Counted from the first letter of the stretch, positions 53,606 to 62,620 are shown. The stretch: DNA of 64,000 nt from an uncultured Candidatus Saccharibacteria bacterium (GCA_964423885.1 CAYRGD010000001.1:89653-153652), one strand, 5' to 3'. Program-made: numbers and translations. The notes: a model not told the origin generated them from the letters alone.

Positions 53606-54217
53606 ATGGCAAAACGGCATGCCGGTATGGTCGAGGAACTGTGGCGGTCGCTCTACGACACGGTCACGGCCGGCCGGAGCGAACGGACGGAACGGGCGCA
53701 TGAGCTCTACCATAGCTTCAAGGCGAAAATGTTGTCGCAACGGTCGCCGTTCGAGCGGTTGGCAGACACGATCAATGAGTCCGCCGGGTCGGTCGATTTC
53801 TTAGCGCTCCATGCCGTGTGGTTCGCGGTCTGGATCCTTATCAATACGGGCGTCGTGCCGATCGTCCCGCCGTTCGACCCGTTCCCGTTTGGGCTGCTCA
53901 CGATGGTGGTGTCGCTCGAGGCGATCTTCCTGTCGATCTTCGTGCTCATCAGCCAAGGCCGTGCCGGCGGGATCGCCGATATCCGCGACGAGGTGAACTT
54001 CCAGATCAACCTGCAGGCGGAACAAGAAGTCACCAAACTGCTGCGCCTCGTGAAAGAGATCCACGAAAACCAAGGATTGGCGCTGCGGAAGGACGCCGAG
54101 CTCGAGCGGATGGTCCAGCGGCTGAATCCCGACGACCTGACCCATGAGATCGAAGCCGAGCTGGGTATGCCGGAAACCGAGCCGAAGAAACCTGCGAAAC
54201 GGCGGCTGCGCCGCTAA
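53606..54217 (+). CDS. DUF1003-family membrane protein
   Basis: GSVDFLALHAVWFAVWILINT...FDPFPFGLLTMVVSLEAIFLSIFVLISQGRAG...INLQAEQEV matches the DUF1003 pattern. SD GGAGGGA. Confidence 0.65.
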   Translation: MAKRHAGMVEELWRSLYDTVTAGRSERTERAHELYHSFKAKMLSQRSPFERLADTINESAGSVDFLALHAVWFAVWILINTGVVPIVPPFDPFPFGLLTMVVSLEAIFLSIFVLISQGRAGGIADIRDEVNFQINLQAEQEVTKLLRLVKEIHENQGLALRKDAELERMVQRLNPDDLTHEIEAELGMPETEPKKPAKRRLRR

Positions 54218-54645
54218 GGCAGCCAGGCGCCTTGGTCGTCGTGGTCATGGCCGAGCAGGTGGCGCAGGCCGTGGCCAGCGAGACCGGTGAGTTCCGCCTC
54301 GAGCGTGTCGCCGAACCGGCCTACCTGCCGCTCGGCTTGCGGGAGCGAGATGACGATCGTGCCGAGCAGGACCGGCGCGCCGGACTGCGGGACCACGGAG
54401 CCGACGGCGGTGTCGATCGCGGTCGGCAGCGACAGGACATCGGTCGTGGCGTCGACGCCACGGTGTGTGCGGTTGAGTGCGCGCATCCGGTCGTCGCCGG
54501 TTATTAGTACTTCGACGCCCGCCGTCGTGATCGTAGGCGGGCGGAAGGTGGCGAACGCGGATTCCAGCGCGTCGTGCACCAAAACAGCCGCTATCGGGAG
54601 CGGCTGTTCTTCGATGATGTCGACGGTCAGTGACGGATCAGGCAC
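54214..54645 (-). CDS. ybeY: rRNA maturation endoribonuclease YbeY
   Basis: H..H....H motif GHGLRHLLGHDHDD. ~143 aa. Overlaps yqeY. Confidence 0.8.
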   Translation of the reverse strand: MPDPSLTVDIIEEQPLPIAAVLVHDALESAFATFRPPTITTAGVEVLITGDDRMRALNRTHRGVDATTDVLSLPTAIDTAVGSVVPQSGAPVLLGTIVISLPQAERQVGRFGDTLEAELTGLAGHGLRHLLGHDHDDQGAWLP

Positions 54646-55084
54646 CGAGCCGTTCCTTGACGAGCCGCGAGACTAATGCCCCGTCGGCCTTGCCTCGGGT
54701 CTTGGGCATCAATGCGCCCATGACCTTGCCCATGTCGGCGGCAGTGCTGGCGCCGGTTTCGGCAATTGCCGCGCCAACCAGCGCTGCGACCTCTTCCTCG
54801 CCCATCTGTTCGGGCAGGTAGGTTTGCAGGATCGCGGCTTCGGCCGCTTCCTTGTCGGCCAGTTCGGGCCGGTTGCCGGCGCGGAACTCGGTTTCGGCAT
54901 CCTGCCGCTGCTTCCGTTCCTTGGCGAGCACGGCCAGCGCTTCGTCGTCGGACAGCTCGTGGCCGAGCTCGATCTGCTTGTTTTTGAGCGCCGTCTTGGC
55001 CATGCGGAGCACCGACAGTTTGTCGGCCTCGCCTGCTTTCATTGCGGCCAGGACGTCACCTTCGATCGTGGAAACCACTGACAC
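54638..55084 (-). CDS. yqeY: GatB/YqeY domain protein
   Basis: MSVVSTIEGDVLAAMKAGEADKLSVLRMAKTALKNKQIE... is a typical YqeY sequence. Commonly linked to rpsU. Confidence 0.8.
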   Translation of the reverse strand: MSVVSTIEGDVLAAMKAGEADKLSVLRMAKTALKNKQIELGHELSDDEALAVLAKERKQRQDAETEFRAGNRPELADKEAAEAAILQTYLPEQMGEEEVAALVGAAIAETGASTAADMGKVMGALMPKTRGKADGALVSRLVKERLGA

Positions 55085-55099
55085 GGTACACCTCGATGG

Positions 55100-55327
55100 T
55101 TAGTACCCGCGGCGGGTGCGCTTCTGCGCAGCCTTGCGGCGGGCGGATTGGCGGATGATCGTGCGCGACAGGCGCTTGGTGCGGTAGCGGCGGCGTTTGA
55201 CTTCGGACAGGATCCGGCTCTGCTGCACTTCGCGGAAGAATCGACGGAGCACCACATCGAACGATGCGGCCCTTGGCTTCGCGTCCCGGTTGTCGCGGAC
55301 ATCTTGGAATTCTGGGTTCAACTTCAC
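55100..55327 (-). CDS. rpsU: 30S ribosomal protein S21
   Basis: FDVVLRRFFREVQQSRILSEVKRRRYRTKRLSRTIIRQSARRKAAQKRTRRGY is a highly basic S21 fold. Confidence 0.85.
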   Translation of the reverse strand: MKLNPEFQDVRDNRDAKPRAASFDVVLRRFFREVQQSRILSEVKRRRYRTKRLSRTIIRQSARRKAAQKRTRRGY

Positions 55328-55377
55328 TCACCTCGCCCTCTGGCGGCATACCGCAAGCGGCTGCCGTAGTGGCGGGA

Positions 55378-55716
55378 TCATACCATGCGGCCCAGGGGCT
55401 GTCCACCCAAGAGATGCAAGTGGATGTGGTCCACGATCTGGCCGCCGTGGTTGCGGGTATTGAAGACCAGGCGGTAGCCGTCGTCGGCGATACCAAGGTC
55501 TTCGGCCAGCCGCTGGGCAGTGCGGACCATGCGGCCCACGAGCGGTTCGTCGCCGTCGGTAAGCGCCGCGACCGATTCGATGTGCCGCTTGGGCACGATC
55601 AGGATATGTACCGGCGCCTTGGGCGCGATGTCGTCGAACGCCGCCACGGCGTCGTCCTCGAACCGGAGCGGCCCTTTCTCGCCGGCCGCGATCGAACAGA
55701 ACAGGCAATCATGCAT
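55378..55716 (-). CDS. HIT-family (histidine triad) nucleotide hydrolase
   Basis: HIHLHLLGG histidine triad. 112 aa. Confidence 0.85.
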   Translation of the reverse strand: MHDCLFCSIAAGEKGPLRFEDDAVAAFDDIAPKAPVHILIVPKRHIESVAALTDGDEPLVGRMVRTAQRLAEDLGIADDGYRLVFNTRNHGGQIVDHIHLHLLGGQPLGRMV

Positions 55717-55770
55717 GGCAAAACTGTAGCACCTGGCAGGAAGAAGGCAAGAAAAAAAAGCCAGTCCGGG

Positions 55771-55790
55771 TGGACTGGCTTGCGGGTCAG
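55771..55790 (-). terminator. rho-independent terminator on minus strand (GCCAGTCCAcccGGACTGGC + U8)
   Basis: Hairpin followed by T8 when read on the minus strand. Lies downstream of the 55807-56529 gene. Confidence 0.55.
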
Positions 55791-55806
55791 GTTTGTTGTT
55801 TCTTTC

Positions 55807-56529
55807 TTAGTCGTGAGCCGTGCATAGGCACAGCCCGAGAAAATCCTCGCACCACACCCGCTGTTGGGCGCGGTTCGCGAAGGGGTGGAGTGTTGGTGAC
55901 TCCTTGGGGCTGCGGAATGCGATCCCGGTCACGTAGACCGCGATTGCTTCGGCTGCCTCCTTGATGACGGCTTGGCCGTCCTCATCCCCATATTTCCGTC
56001 GATGCAGCTCTGCCGGCTTCGAGATCGGCGGACTGTTCTGGACGATATCCGCGAACTGCCCGAGCAGTTGTTGCCCGGTAACCGGTTCTCGTTTAGCATC
56101 CAACGACCAGCCTCCGTGGAGTAACTCCACGTTCTCACGCCATGCCTGCAATAGCATGGTTTCGGCTACTGCGCGTATGAACCGCAGTCCAAAGGCAAGC
56201 TTGCGGGCCTTGTCGCTGATCAAGGGCTCTGCCCGGATTGCCGCCGATAACTCGACGACGTAGGGCTGGGCCTGGGTTTTCAGCAGTACGGGCTCGGCGG
56301 TGTAGCCGATCATCACCGACGTCTGCGGGATCCGGTATCCCGGGAACAGACTGTAAAGGGAGCATAGGTCCTCATTTTTGAGGATCGGATGCTCCGGCTG
56401 CGGCAGGTGTACCTGCCGCAGCGGCTCGGCGGGCTGGCCGAACGGCAGTTTCGCCGTCAGCGTATCTTTGTACGTTTCGAGCCACGTCTCCACGCTGCTC
56501 GTTTTTTTCAAGGGCAGGATATTGGACAA
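55807..56529 (-). CDS. hypothetical protein (240 aa)
   Basis: Long ORF with ordinary composition. No motifs recognised. Confidence 0.5.
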   Translation of the reverse strand: MSNILPLKKTSSVETWLETYKDTLTAKLPFGQPAEPLRQVHLPQPEHPILKNEDLCSLYSLFPGYRIPQTSVMIGYTAEPVLLKTQAQPYVVELSAAIRAEPLISDKARKLAFGLRFIRAVAETMLLQAWRENVELLHGGWSLDAKREPVTGQQLLGQFADIVQNSPPISKPAELHRRKYGDEDGQAVIKEAAEAIAVYVTGIAFRSPKESPTLHPFANRAQQRVWCEDFLGLCLCTAHD

Positions 56530-56611
56530 GTTGTAAAGGTCCTTTCAACGCAATTTCCATCCGTCGCCGGATGGACCTGGGAGTATATCCCGCAGCGGAC
56601 CGGGCGTCAAG

Positions 56612-57058
56612 TTACCCGTGCTTGCGGAGGTACGCCTCCCAGTGCTCGCGCATCCAGCGTTTGTGCAGCGTAAGCGCCTCGCCCAGGCCGCGGGCGCGGA
56701 TTTCCTTGTCGACGACCCCGCCTTTGTGCGGGTGGTTGTACTTTTGGTAGAGCGGGCTCGAAAAACCGTGCGCGTAGTGCGACAGCTCGTGCGCGACCAC
56801 GGCCCGAACCACGTCGTCGGGAATCGCCGGATCCTTGAAGTAGCCCGTGATCGTGATGATGCTACGGCGTTGCACTGTGCCGTCGGGGTGCTTGACCGGC
56901 TTGCGGCCCCACTTGATCGACCCCAGGCGCGTGGCCGCCGGCCGCCCGAACTTGATCACCACGTCGTTCGGCTGGTCGATATCGCTAAAGTGCCGGTACC
57001 ACATCCCGGCCAACAGCTCGCGCAGCCACTCGTTGTCCCGCTCCACGACCGTATCCAT
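56612..57058 (-). CDS. SprT-like/HExxH zinc metallopeptidase family protein
   Basis: VVAHELSHYAHGF is an HExxH motif. ~148 aa. Resembles SprT/YgjP (DUF45)-type proteins. Confidence 0.55.
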   Translation of the reverse strand: MDTVVERDNEWLRELLAGMWYRHFSDIDQPNDVVIKFGRPAATRLGSIKWGRKPVKHPDGTVQRRSIITITGYFKDPAIPDDVVRAVVAHELSHYAHGFSSPLYQKYNHPHKGGVVDKEIRARGLGEALTLHKRWMREHWEAYLRKHG

Positions 57059-57134
57059 AGCCCCACTCTACCAAAGCGCCGGTTGCCGATTACGCCTCGG
57101 CGTGGGATGCTCGATACCATACAGAGGAGGGAGT

Positions 57135-57848
57135 ATGCCGGAATTGCTGACGCCGCCAGGAGTGAACGGAGAAGGCGAGGACGAAGCAAAGGTATCGGAG
57201 ACCGAACGCCCTGCTTCTCCCGTAACCACGTTCGAGCAGCAGATCGCTGAAAAAGAGGCGGAGTTCGCGCAGCTATCCAATGCTGAAGTCGATGCTAAGC
57301 TCCTCGAAATCCTTGGCGAGCACAGTCTGATACGCGAGGAGATCCAGGCTCTAACTGGACAGCTCGACGGCGTATCGATGAAGGCCTACACGTTCGCGGT
57401 TACGAATTTACGTGGCGAAGGGAGTGTCACGCTCTCTACCAGAGAAACGGCGAGGCGCTACTTGTCGCAACTCAATGAGCTTGGACAGAAGATGGCCTAC
57501 TTGAACCAACGGAGCCAGCGCGTACACGAGGACGGTGCAGCCAGCAAGATCGCTGCGGGCGAGGCGCCAAGAGTCGACACGATTACATTTGCCGACATTC
57601 TGGATAGCGGGCTCTTTACGAGTAGTAGTATGCGGGATGTGCGGCAACAGCTTGCGGAACGCGGATTGGAAGAATCCGCGCTTGCTGGCGACCATGCCGA
57701 TATCCTTAGCGAACGAGGCATAGGACTTGTTATGGCGGTGAAAGCGGTAGCGAAGCAAAAGGTGCATCCAGAAAGCCATACCTCGCAATCGATGGCGGGT
57801 TTTGTCGGGGGCGCTAAGCGTAAACTCGAAGAACTGCTGGGTAAATAA
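57135..57848 (+). CDS. hypothetical protein (237 aa)
   Basis: SD GAGGAGGGAG precedes the ATG. Acidic N-terminus with a predicted coiled coil. No recognised domain. Confidence 0.5.
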   Translation: MPELLTPPGVNGEGEDEAKVSETERPASPVTTFEQQIAEKEAEFAQLSNAEVDAKLLEILGEHSLIREEIQALTGQLDGVSMKAYTFAVTNLRGEGSVTLSTRETARRYLSQLNELGQKMAYLNQRSQRVHEDGAASKIAAGEAPRVDTITFADILDSGLFTSSSMRDVRQQLAERGLEESALAGDHADILSERGIGLVMAVKAVAKQKVHPESHTSQSMAGFVGGAKRKLEELLGK

Positions 57849-57859
57849 AAACCTCGCTG

Positions 57860-58219
57860 TTACACGAGGTCGAGTAGGCCGCTTTGCAGAAAAATGCCCG
57901 CAAGCTCCCGGATAGTCTGTTTCGGGGTATCGGTGAAGAACCGGTTGAGTACCTGTGCTCCGAGCGTGCGCAGGATGGGTTCAATGAGTTCCTGGCGTTC
58001 TGTATCGGACAAGAGAAGTAGGGGTTGCTGCTTGCGCTTTAGCAGCGCAAGCAAAGAGATAGACTGTTCGATCGCCACCTGTTTTGCTGGAAGATACAGC
58101 AATACCGTGTCGGTGGGTTCGATCGAGTGAATGTTCCTGCTGAGAACGGTGCGGCCGTTGCATGCCTGTGAATCCCAAGGCCACGGCGAGACGATAATAA
58201 GTCGACTCGTATCGGTCAC
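57860..58219 (-). CDS. hypothetical protein (119 aa), lower-GC region
   Basis: GTG start after GGAAGGAGG. Overlaps the upstream small ORF. No recognised motifs. Confidence 0.4.
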   Translation of the reverse strand: MTDTSRLIIVSPWPWDSQACNGRTVLSRNIHSIEPTDTVLLYLPAKQVAIEQSISLLALLKRKQQPLLLLSDTERQELIEPILRTLGAQVLNRFFTDTPKQTIRELAGIFLQSGLLDLV

Positions 58220-58229
58220 CTCCTTCCAC

Positions 58230-58556
58230 TTATGTTTTCAATGCCAGTACCAGTCGGACATTCGGCAGATACTGGTTGCAGTAGCAACGCAGGGTGCCGA
58301 AGTCGGTTTCCGATGCCGCGATCGTTGCCGTTGCGCGACATTGTTGGATAAGTGCAATAGTGTCGGCGACTTGCTCGCCGAACTGGACAAGACGTTCGGC
58401 GCTGATACGAATGTGTACATCATCGCCGGGCTGCAGGTTCCACAACGGTGGCAGTGATACGTAGGGCAACGTTAAGTCCCAGTGGAACGTCACGTCCGTG
58501 TACCTCCCCTTCTTGTAAAGACTCCGTTGTGTACCAGAAGCCGGACTATCCGTCAA
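58230..58556 (-). CDS. hypothetical protein (108 aa), TTG start overlapping rarA stop
   Basis: Translationally coupled to rarA (TTGA overlap). No recognised motifs. Confidence 0.35.
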   Translation of the reverse strand: MTDSPASGTQRSLYKKGRYTDVTFHWDLTLPYVSLPPLWNLQPGDDVHIRISAERLVQFGEQVADTIALIQQCRATATIAASETDFGTLRCYCNQYLPNVRLVLALKT

Positions 58557-59761
58557 CGCTCCGGCGGGTCGTAGTAGTGCGCGTCCCTTAGGTTGTCGGG
58601 CAGAAAACCTAGGTCGGTGGTCTTGTCGCCGTCGTGCTTCGGCCAGTGGTAGTCCTTGCCGTAGCCTTGCTCTTTCATGAACGCGGTCGGGGCGTTGCGC
58701 AGGTGCATCGGGATGGGGTCAAGCGGCTTGCCGCGCACGTCGGTGAGCGCATCGCCGATCGCCCGCGTCGACGACCGGCTTTTCGGTGCGGTCGCCAGGT
58801 AGGTCGCGGCCTGGGCCAGGATAAGCTGTGCCTCGGGCAGGCCGATCATATGGATCGCCTGCATCGCCGAGGTAGCCACCACGAGCGCGGTCGGCAGTGC
58901 GTTACCGATATCCTCGGACGCGAAAATCACCATTCGCCGGGCGATGAACATCGGATCCTCGCCGCCTTCGAGCATCCGGGCCAGGTAGTGCAGTGCGGCA
59001 TCGGGATCCGAGCCGCGCATCGACTTGATGAACGCCGACACGGTGTCGTAGTGGTTCTCGCCCGCCTGGTCGTACCGCGCCACCTTGCGCTGTACCGCCT
59101 GTTCGGCCACGTCGACGGTGATATGGCTGGCGAGCGTACGTGCTACCTCGAAACTGCCCAGGAGCGACCGGGCGTCGCCGTCGGCCGCGGCAATCAGGTA
59201 GTCGACGGCTTGCTGGTCGATGTTGGTCTGCTTGTCCAGCTTAAGCGCCCGCTCGACGAGCTCGTGCATGTCTTTGTGCCCGAGCGGTTCGAGTTTTAAT
59301 ACCCGCATCCGCGACAGCAATGCCGCGTTCACCTTGAACGACGGGTTTTCCGTGGTGGCGCCCACGAGCGTGATGACGCCCGATTCCACGGCGTGTAACA
59401 GGGCATCCTGCTGGGCGCTGTTGAACCGGTGGATTTCGTCGATAAACAGGATCGGCAGCGGTTCGCCCAGCCGACGCCGGCTTTCGGCCACGGCGATCAC
59501 CTCGCGTACCTGCTTGACCGTGGCGTCCACGGCCGACAGTTGCTCGAACGGGCGGTCGAGCTCATTCGCCATGATCCTTGCCAGGGTCGTTTTGCCCGTG
59601 CCCGGCGGCCCCCAGAACAAGATGCTTGGTAGTTTGGTGCCCACGAGCAACTTGGTAAGCGGCCTGTCTGCGCCAATGAGATGCCGCTGTCCCACGACAT
59701 TGCCCAGCGCCTGCGGGCGAAGCTGCTCGGCAAGGGGCATGCGGTCCGGGAGATTCGTCAT
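58553..59761 (-). CDS. rarA: replication-associated recombination protein A (AAA+ ATPase)
   Basis: LRPQALGNVVGQRHL...SILFWGPPGTGKTTLARIMA...ILFIDEIHRFNSAQQDALL is the full RarA/MgsA architecture. Confidence 0.88.
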   Translation of the reverse strand: MTNLPDRMPLAEQLRPQALGNVVGQRHLIGADRPLTKLLVGTKLPSILFWGPPGTGKTTLARIMANELDRPFEQLSAVDATVKQVREVIAVAESRRRLGEPLPILFIDEIHRFNSAQQDALLHAVESGVITLVGATTENPSFKVNAALLSRMRVLKLEPLGHKDMHELVERALKLDKQTNIDQQAVDYLIAAADGDARSLLGSFEVARTLASHITVDVAEQAVQRKVARYDQAGENHYDTVSAFIKSMRGSDPDAALHYLARMLEGGEDPMFIARRMVIFASEDIGNALPTALVVATSAMQAIHMIGLPEAQLILAQAATYLATAPKSRSSTRAIGDALTDVRGKPLDPIPMHLRNAPTAFMKEQGYGKDYHWPKHDGDKTTDLGFLPDNLRDAHYYDPPER

Positions 59762-59841
59762 ACCCGTATCCTACCATGACCGAACAAAAACCGAAAATAG
59801 CGAAGATCTGACCATGCGATCCGATCACACCCTTGCATTGC

Positions 59842-59871
59842 GGGTCAACTATACGGTACACTCCTCGGTTC
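59842..59871 (+). promoter_or_regulatory. candidate sigma70 promoter TTGCAT-18nt-TACACT
   Basis: Lies in the 167-bp divergent region between rarA and the 59929 gene. Confidence 0.3.
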
Positions 59872-59928
59872 GTTGGGTTTGTGCTACCCACCTCTGTACC
59901 ATTACAATTTGAAAAAGATCGGAGGGAT

Positions 59929-60957
59929 ATGTCTGGTGAGCGCGAGCAATTCTACCCGGAAGAACATAACTTCGTAGAAGCGAGCGAGGTGGGAGTCGAA
60001 CTTCATCAAGATGTGCAACTAAGGGTGCAGCAGGTTGAGCAACTCGTCGGTATTGTGAGTCCGCGGTTGCGACGACGGTCCGATATTGGCGCGTTCGTAT
60101 CAGATTTGTATCAACGGTCAGCCTTCGATTTCGGCGGTGCCGACGAGGCATCATTGCGGGCGCGCCGGTTGCTGCTCGGAGATTCGCTCGATGCATCACT
60201 CCGCGCAACGTCATTCGGTTCCGCGAATGAAATCCGTGCCGACATGGCGATCCGTCGCGCTGGGATTATTGGTGAGTTAGGCGTGCGTTATGCGGCGCAC
60301 GAGGCTGGGTTGCAAACGTATTTCTCTCGAGCAACGGCGACCGAATTGTTGGCTACGCAGCCAGAAGACATGTTCGGCGATACCCGCGATAAGAATGACA
60401 TGTGGTTAAGCGCCGCGGGACTATTCGACCTCGACAGCCGCTTCAAGGTCCAGCTGCCTCCAGGACAATGGGCCGACGAAGATACGTTCCTAACGCAGAT
60501 CAAGGCGCTGCCGATCGATGTCCGAAGCCAGCCGTGGGTGGCGAAGGTGCTGCGCACGGAAGCCGACGTCCGTCAGGCGGCGCAACAGATCTTCAATCCA
60601 GATATTTGGGTTGGCGATACGGATGATGCAGCGATCGCGCTGCGGAAAGAAAAGTTTCTTGAGCAGATGCTCGGCGACGGGCGTCCGAACGGCCGCCATG
60701 GCTTTGTAGATGCCGTAGCCCGGTACCAACAGGAATACTCGAACGTTGGCGGATTGCTGATCGTCCTCGCCTCGCCAACCGAAGGAGAGCGTCGGCAATC
60801 ACTGATTAATCCGCAGAACGGCACGCTTACCCGTCCGTTCGCTACGACCGCCGCCAACCAACCGTCGTCGATTGGGCAGCTGCCACTCTTGTCGCAGCGC
60901 CTGGTAAGTGACCTGACAAACGAACTGTACCTGCAAAATGAGTCGCAGGTAGTCTAG
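59929..60957 (+). CDS. hypothetical protein (342 aa)
   Basis: SD GGAGGGA. No recognised domain. Lower GC than its surroundings. Confidence 0.5.
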   Translation: MSGEREQFYPEEHNFVEASEVGVELHQDVQLRVQQVEQLVGIVSPRLRRRSDIGAFVSDLYQRSAFDFGGADEASLRARRLLLGDSLDASLRATSFGSANEIRADMAIRRAGIIGELGVRYAAHEAGLQTYFSRATATELLATQPEDMFGDTRDKNDMWLSAAGLFDLDSRFKVQLPPGQWADEDTFLTQIKALPIDVRSQPWVAKVLRTEADVRQAAQQIFNPDIWVGDTDDAAIALRKEKFLEQMLGDGRPNGRHGFVDAVARYQQEYSNVGGLLIVLASPTEGERRQSLINPQNGTLTRPFATTAANQPSSIGQLPLLSQRLVSDLTNELYLQNESQVV

Positions 60958-60965
60958 GAGGGACC

Positions 60966-61220
60966 ATGAAAAAACGACTCGATCTCTCTGCGGTGCCTGG
61001 CGTTGTACCTGCCACCGCAGGTGCTAAGCGGTCGGAGCTGCAACTGACATGCGAGCAGTTCCAAACATTATTGCAGCGTGTTGAAACCGCCCCCGATGTA
61101 TACCCCGAACAGCTGTTCGCACTGGTTGAGCACATCAACGAGTGTCCCAACAAAGAGGCGGACAAGCGCCTCTACGACGAAGCGCTGGAGCGGATGCGTC
61201 AGGCGAACCAGAACGGTTAA
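60966..61220 (+). CDS. hypothetical small protein (84 aa)
   Basis: SD GGAGGGA with 9-bp spacing. Followed by a strong terminator. Confidence 0.45.
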   Translation: MKKRLDLSAVPGVVPATAGAKRSELQLTCEQFQTLLQRVETAPDVYPEQLFALVEHINECPNKEADKRLYDEALERMRQANQNG

Positions 61221-61231
61221 AAGGCAAATAA

Positions 61232-61262
61232 AAGCCCCGGTGCAAGCCGGGGCTTCTTTTTT
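61232..61262. terminator. bidirectional rho-independent terminator (AAAAGCCCCGGtgcaaGCCGGGGCTTCTTTTTT)
   Basis: Stem with poly-A and poly-T flanks. It would terminate both the + gene and the XRE gene. Confidence 0.65.
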
Positions 61263-61603
61263 ATGGATTCTGTTGCGCGCCTGCGAGTCCTTCGACGAGT
61301 TCGGTCAGCGCAGCCATGTCTTTCATAAGCCGGCGCTGCATCCGCAGAATCTCGAACATCAGCTCGTATTCCGTCGACGCCTCGCCTCCGGCGTGGAAGA
61401 ATTCGGTCAGCGCGATCCCCAGGATCGCTCCGAGCCGCTTTGGGCCGGGGCATCTGCGTGCCCTCTTCATACCGTTGGATCGACTTCGTTGACACGTCGG
61501 TCTGTTCGGCCAATGCCTCGCGGGTGAGCTTTAGCTTGTTCCGCGCCGCCCGGATTTTCCGGCCGATCCGTTCCTGGACCTGTCGCCCGTTGGCGTCTTC
61601 CAT
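61261..61603 (-). CDS. XRE-family helix-turn-helix transcriptional regulator, reading frame disrupted by 1-nt insertion in a C4/G4 homopolymer (possible pseudogene or sequencing error)
   Basis: N-terminus (61603 frame) QVQERIGRKIRAARNKLKLTREALAEQTDVSTKSIQRYEEGTQMP continues in the +1 frame as (G)PKRLGAILGIALTEFF...ending MKDMAALTELVEGLAGAQQNP just before the terminator. Deleting one C around 61447-61450 restores an ~112-aa protein. Confidence 0.55.
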
Positions 61604-61702
61604 GAATATCCCTCCTTGTTGTTCTGGTGCCTGACCCGGGCTGTATACCGGATACTTCGCCGTCCGTCAACCTGTTATCTGGGTAATTTGCATATTTATC
61701 AC

Positions 61703-61730
61703 TTGACAAAATGCGTATTTTTGGTACACT
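61703..61730 (+). promoter_or_regulatory. candidate sigma70 promoter TTGACA-16nt-TACACT followed by ~115-nt GC-rich structured leader
   Basis: Near-consensus hexamers sit in an AT-rich island. The downstream leader (61737-61850) contains hairpins GAACCCtggtaaCGGGTTC and GGGGCGACCCCC before the SLT-domain gene. Confidence 0.4.
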
Positions 61731-61850
61731 GTCCCCGTTCTCCAAGAATGCAATCGAACCCTGGTAACGGGTTCGTTTTCGTTCTACGGGGCGACCCCCG
61801 GTTAATACCCGGCGCAGTAGCTCCCCGGCGGACAGGCAGGTAGTACCTAT

Positions 61851-62507
61851 ATGAACCGGATCCTAGGGAGGATTCGGGAGGGACTTTCCAACCTGGCACA
61901 GTACCTGGAACCCCGCAGGCTCGCCGCGCTGCCCCTGTTCACCCAGAAGGCTGCGATGGTGCTGTCGCTGTCGATGATGCCCCTGCAGGGCACGGCAGCG
62001 GCTGCTGACACCCCCGTGACGGGTTCGACCCCGCTCGTCTTGGATACCGCGTCCGTCGACCGGATGATCCGGCTCCCGGCAACCCTCGTTTTAGCCACCA
62101 CCGTGGTCGAGTCGAAGGCCCAGGAGCAAGAGCGGCTCGAGGCCCTTGAGCGGGCTAAAAAGGCCACGGCGACCGCTTCGTTTGCCAAGGCAGTTGTCCT
62201 TGACGAACAGCGCGAGCAGAACCGTCAGCTGGTGATGCGCCTCGGCGAAGAAGCCTTCGGTGCGGCGCAAGTACCGTACCTCCTGCAGATCGTGCAGCGG
62301 GAGTCGGGTTTCAACCACCTTGCGCAGAACTCGCGTTCGACCGCTTTCGGCTTGGCGCAGTTTCTTGATAAGACGTGGAAGAGTTACGGCTTTGAGAAAA
62401 CCTCCGACCCTGAAACCCAGGTTCGGGCGCTCATCGCCTACGTCGCGAAACGCTACGGCACGCCGCAGCAGGCGATGAACCACCACCACCAGTACGGTTG
62501 GTACTAA
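61851..62507 (+). CDS. secreted transglycosylase SLT-domain protein (lytic transglycosylase-like)
   Basis: C-terminal LQIVQRESGFNHLAQNSRSTAFGLAQFLDKTW matches the SLT/GEWL catalytic region (ES...AxGLxQ). The N-terminus has RR followed by a hydrophobic region and AAAA. An alternative start lies at 61956. Confidence 0.7.
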   Translation: MNRILGRIREGLSNLAQYLEPRRLAALPLFTQKAAMVLSLSMMPLQGTAAAADTPVTGSTPLVLDTASVDRMIRLPATLVLATTVVESKAQEQERLEALERAKKATATASFAKAVVLDEQREQNRQLVMRLGEEAFGAAQVPYLLQIVQRESGFNHLAQNSRSTAFGLAQFLDKTWKSYGFEKTSDPETQVRALIAYVAKRYGTPQQAMNHHHQYGWY

Positions 62508-62523
62508 AGCCGCGTACTGCACA

Positions 62524-62556
62524 ACACCCCGCACCTTGCGGGGTGTTGTCGTGTTT
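62524..62556 (+). terminator. rho-independent terminator (ACAACACCCCGCaccttGCGGGGTGTTGT + CGTGTTT)
   Basis: 13-bp stem after the SLT gene stop. Confidence 0.55.
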
Positions 62557-62620
62557 GGGTAGCTTAGTGCGGACTCATTCCTACGAAAGGAAGGCGTTGC
62601 CGCCTTAACAGGTAGTTTCC

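Noticed and set aside
56556-56575. Palindrome TCCATCCG-tcgc-CGGATGGA between the SprT-like gene and the downstream hypothetical
   Set aside because: It could be an attenuator or operator, but there is no U-tract and no supporting context. Too speculative to call.
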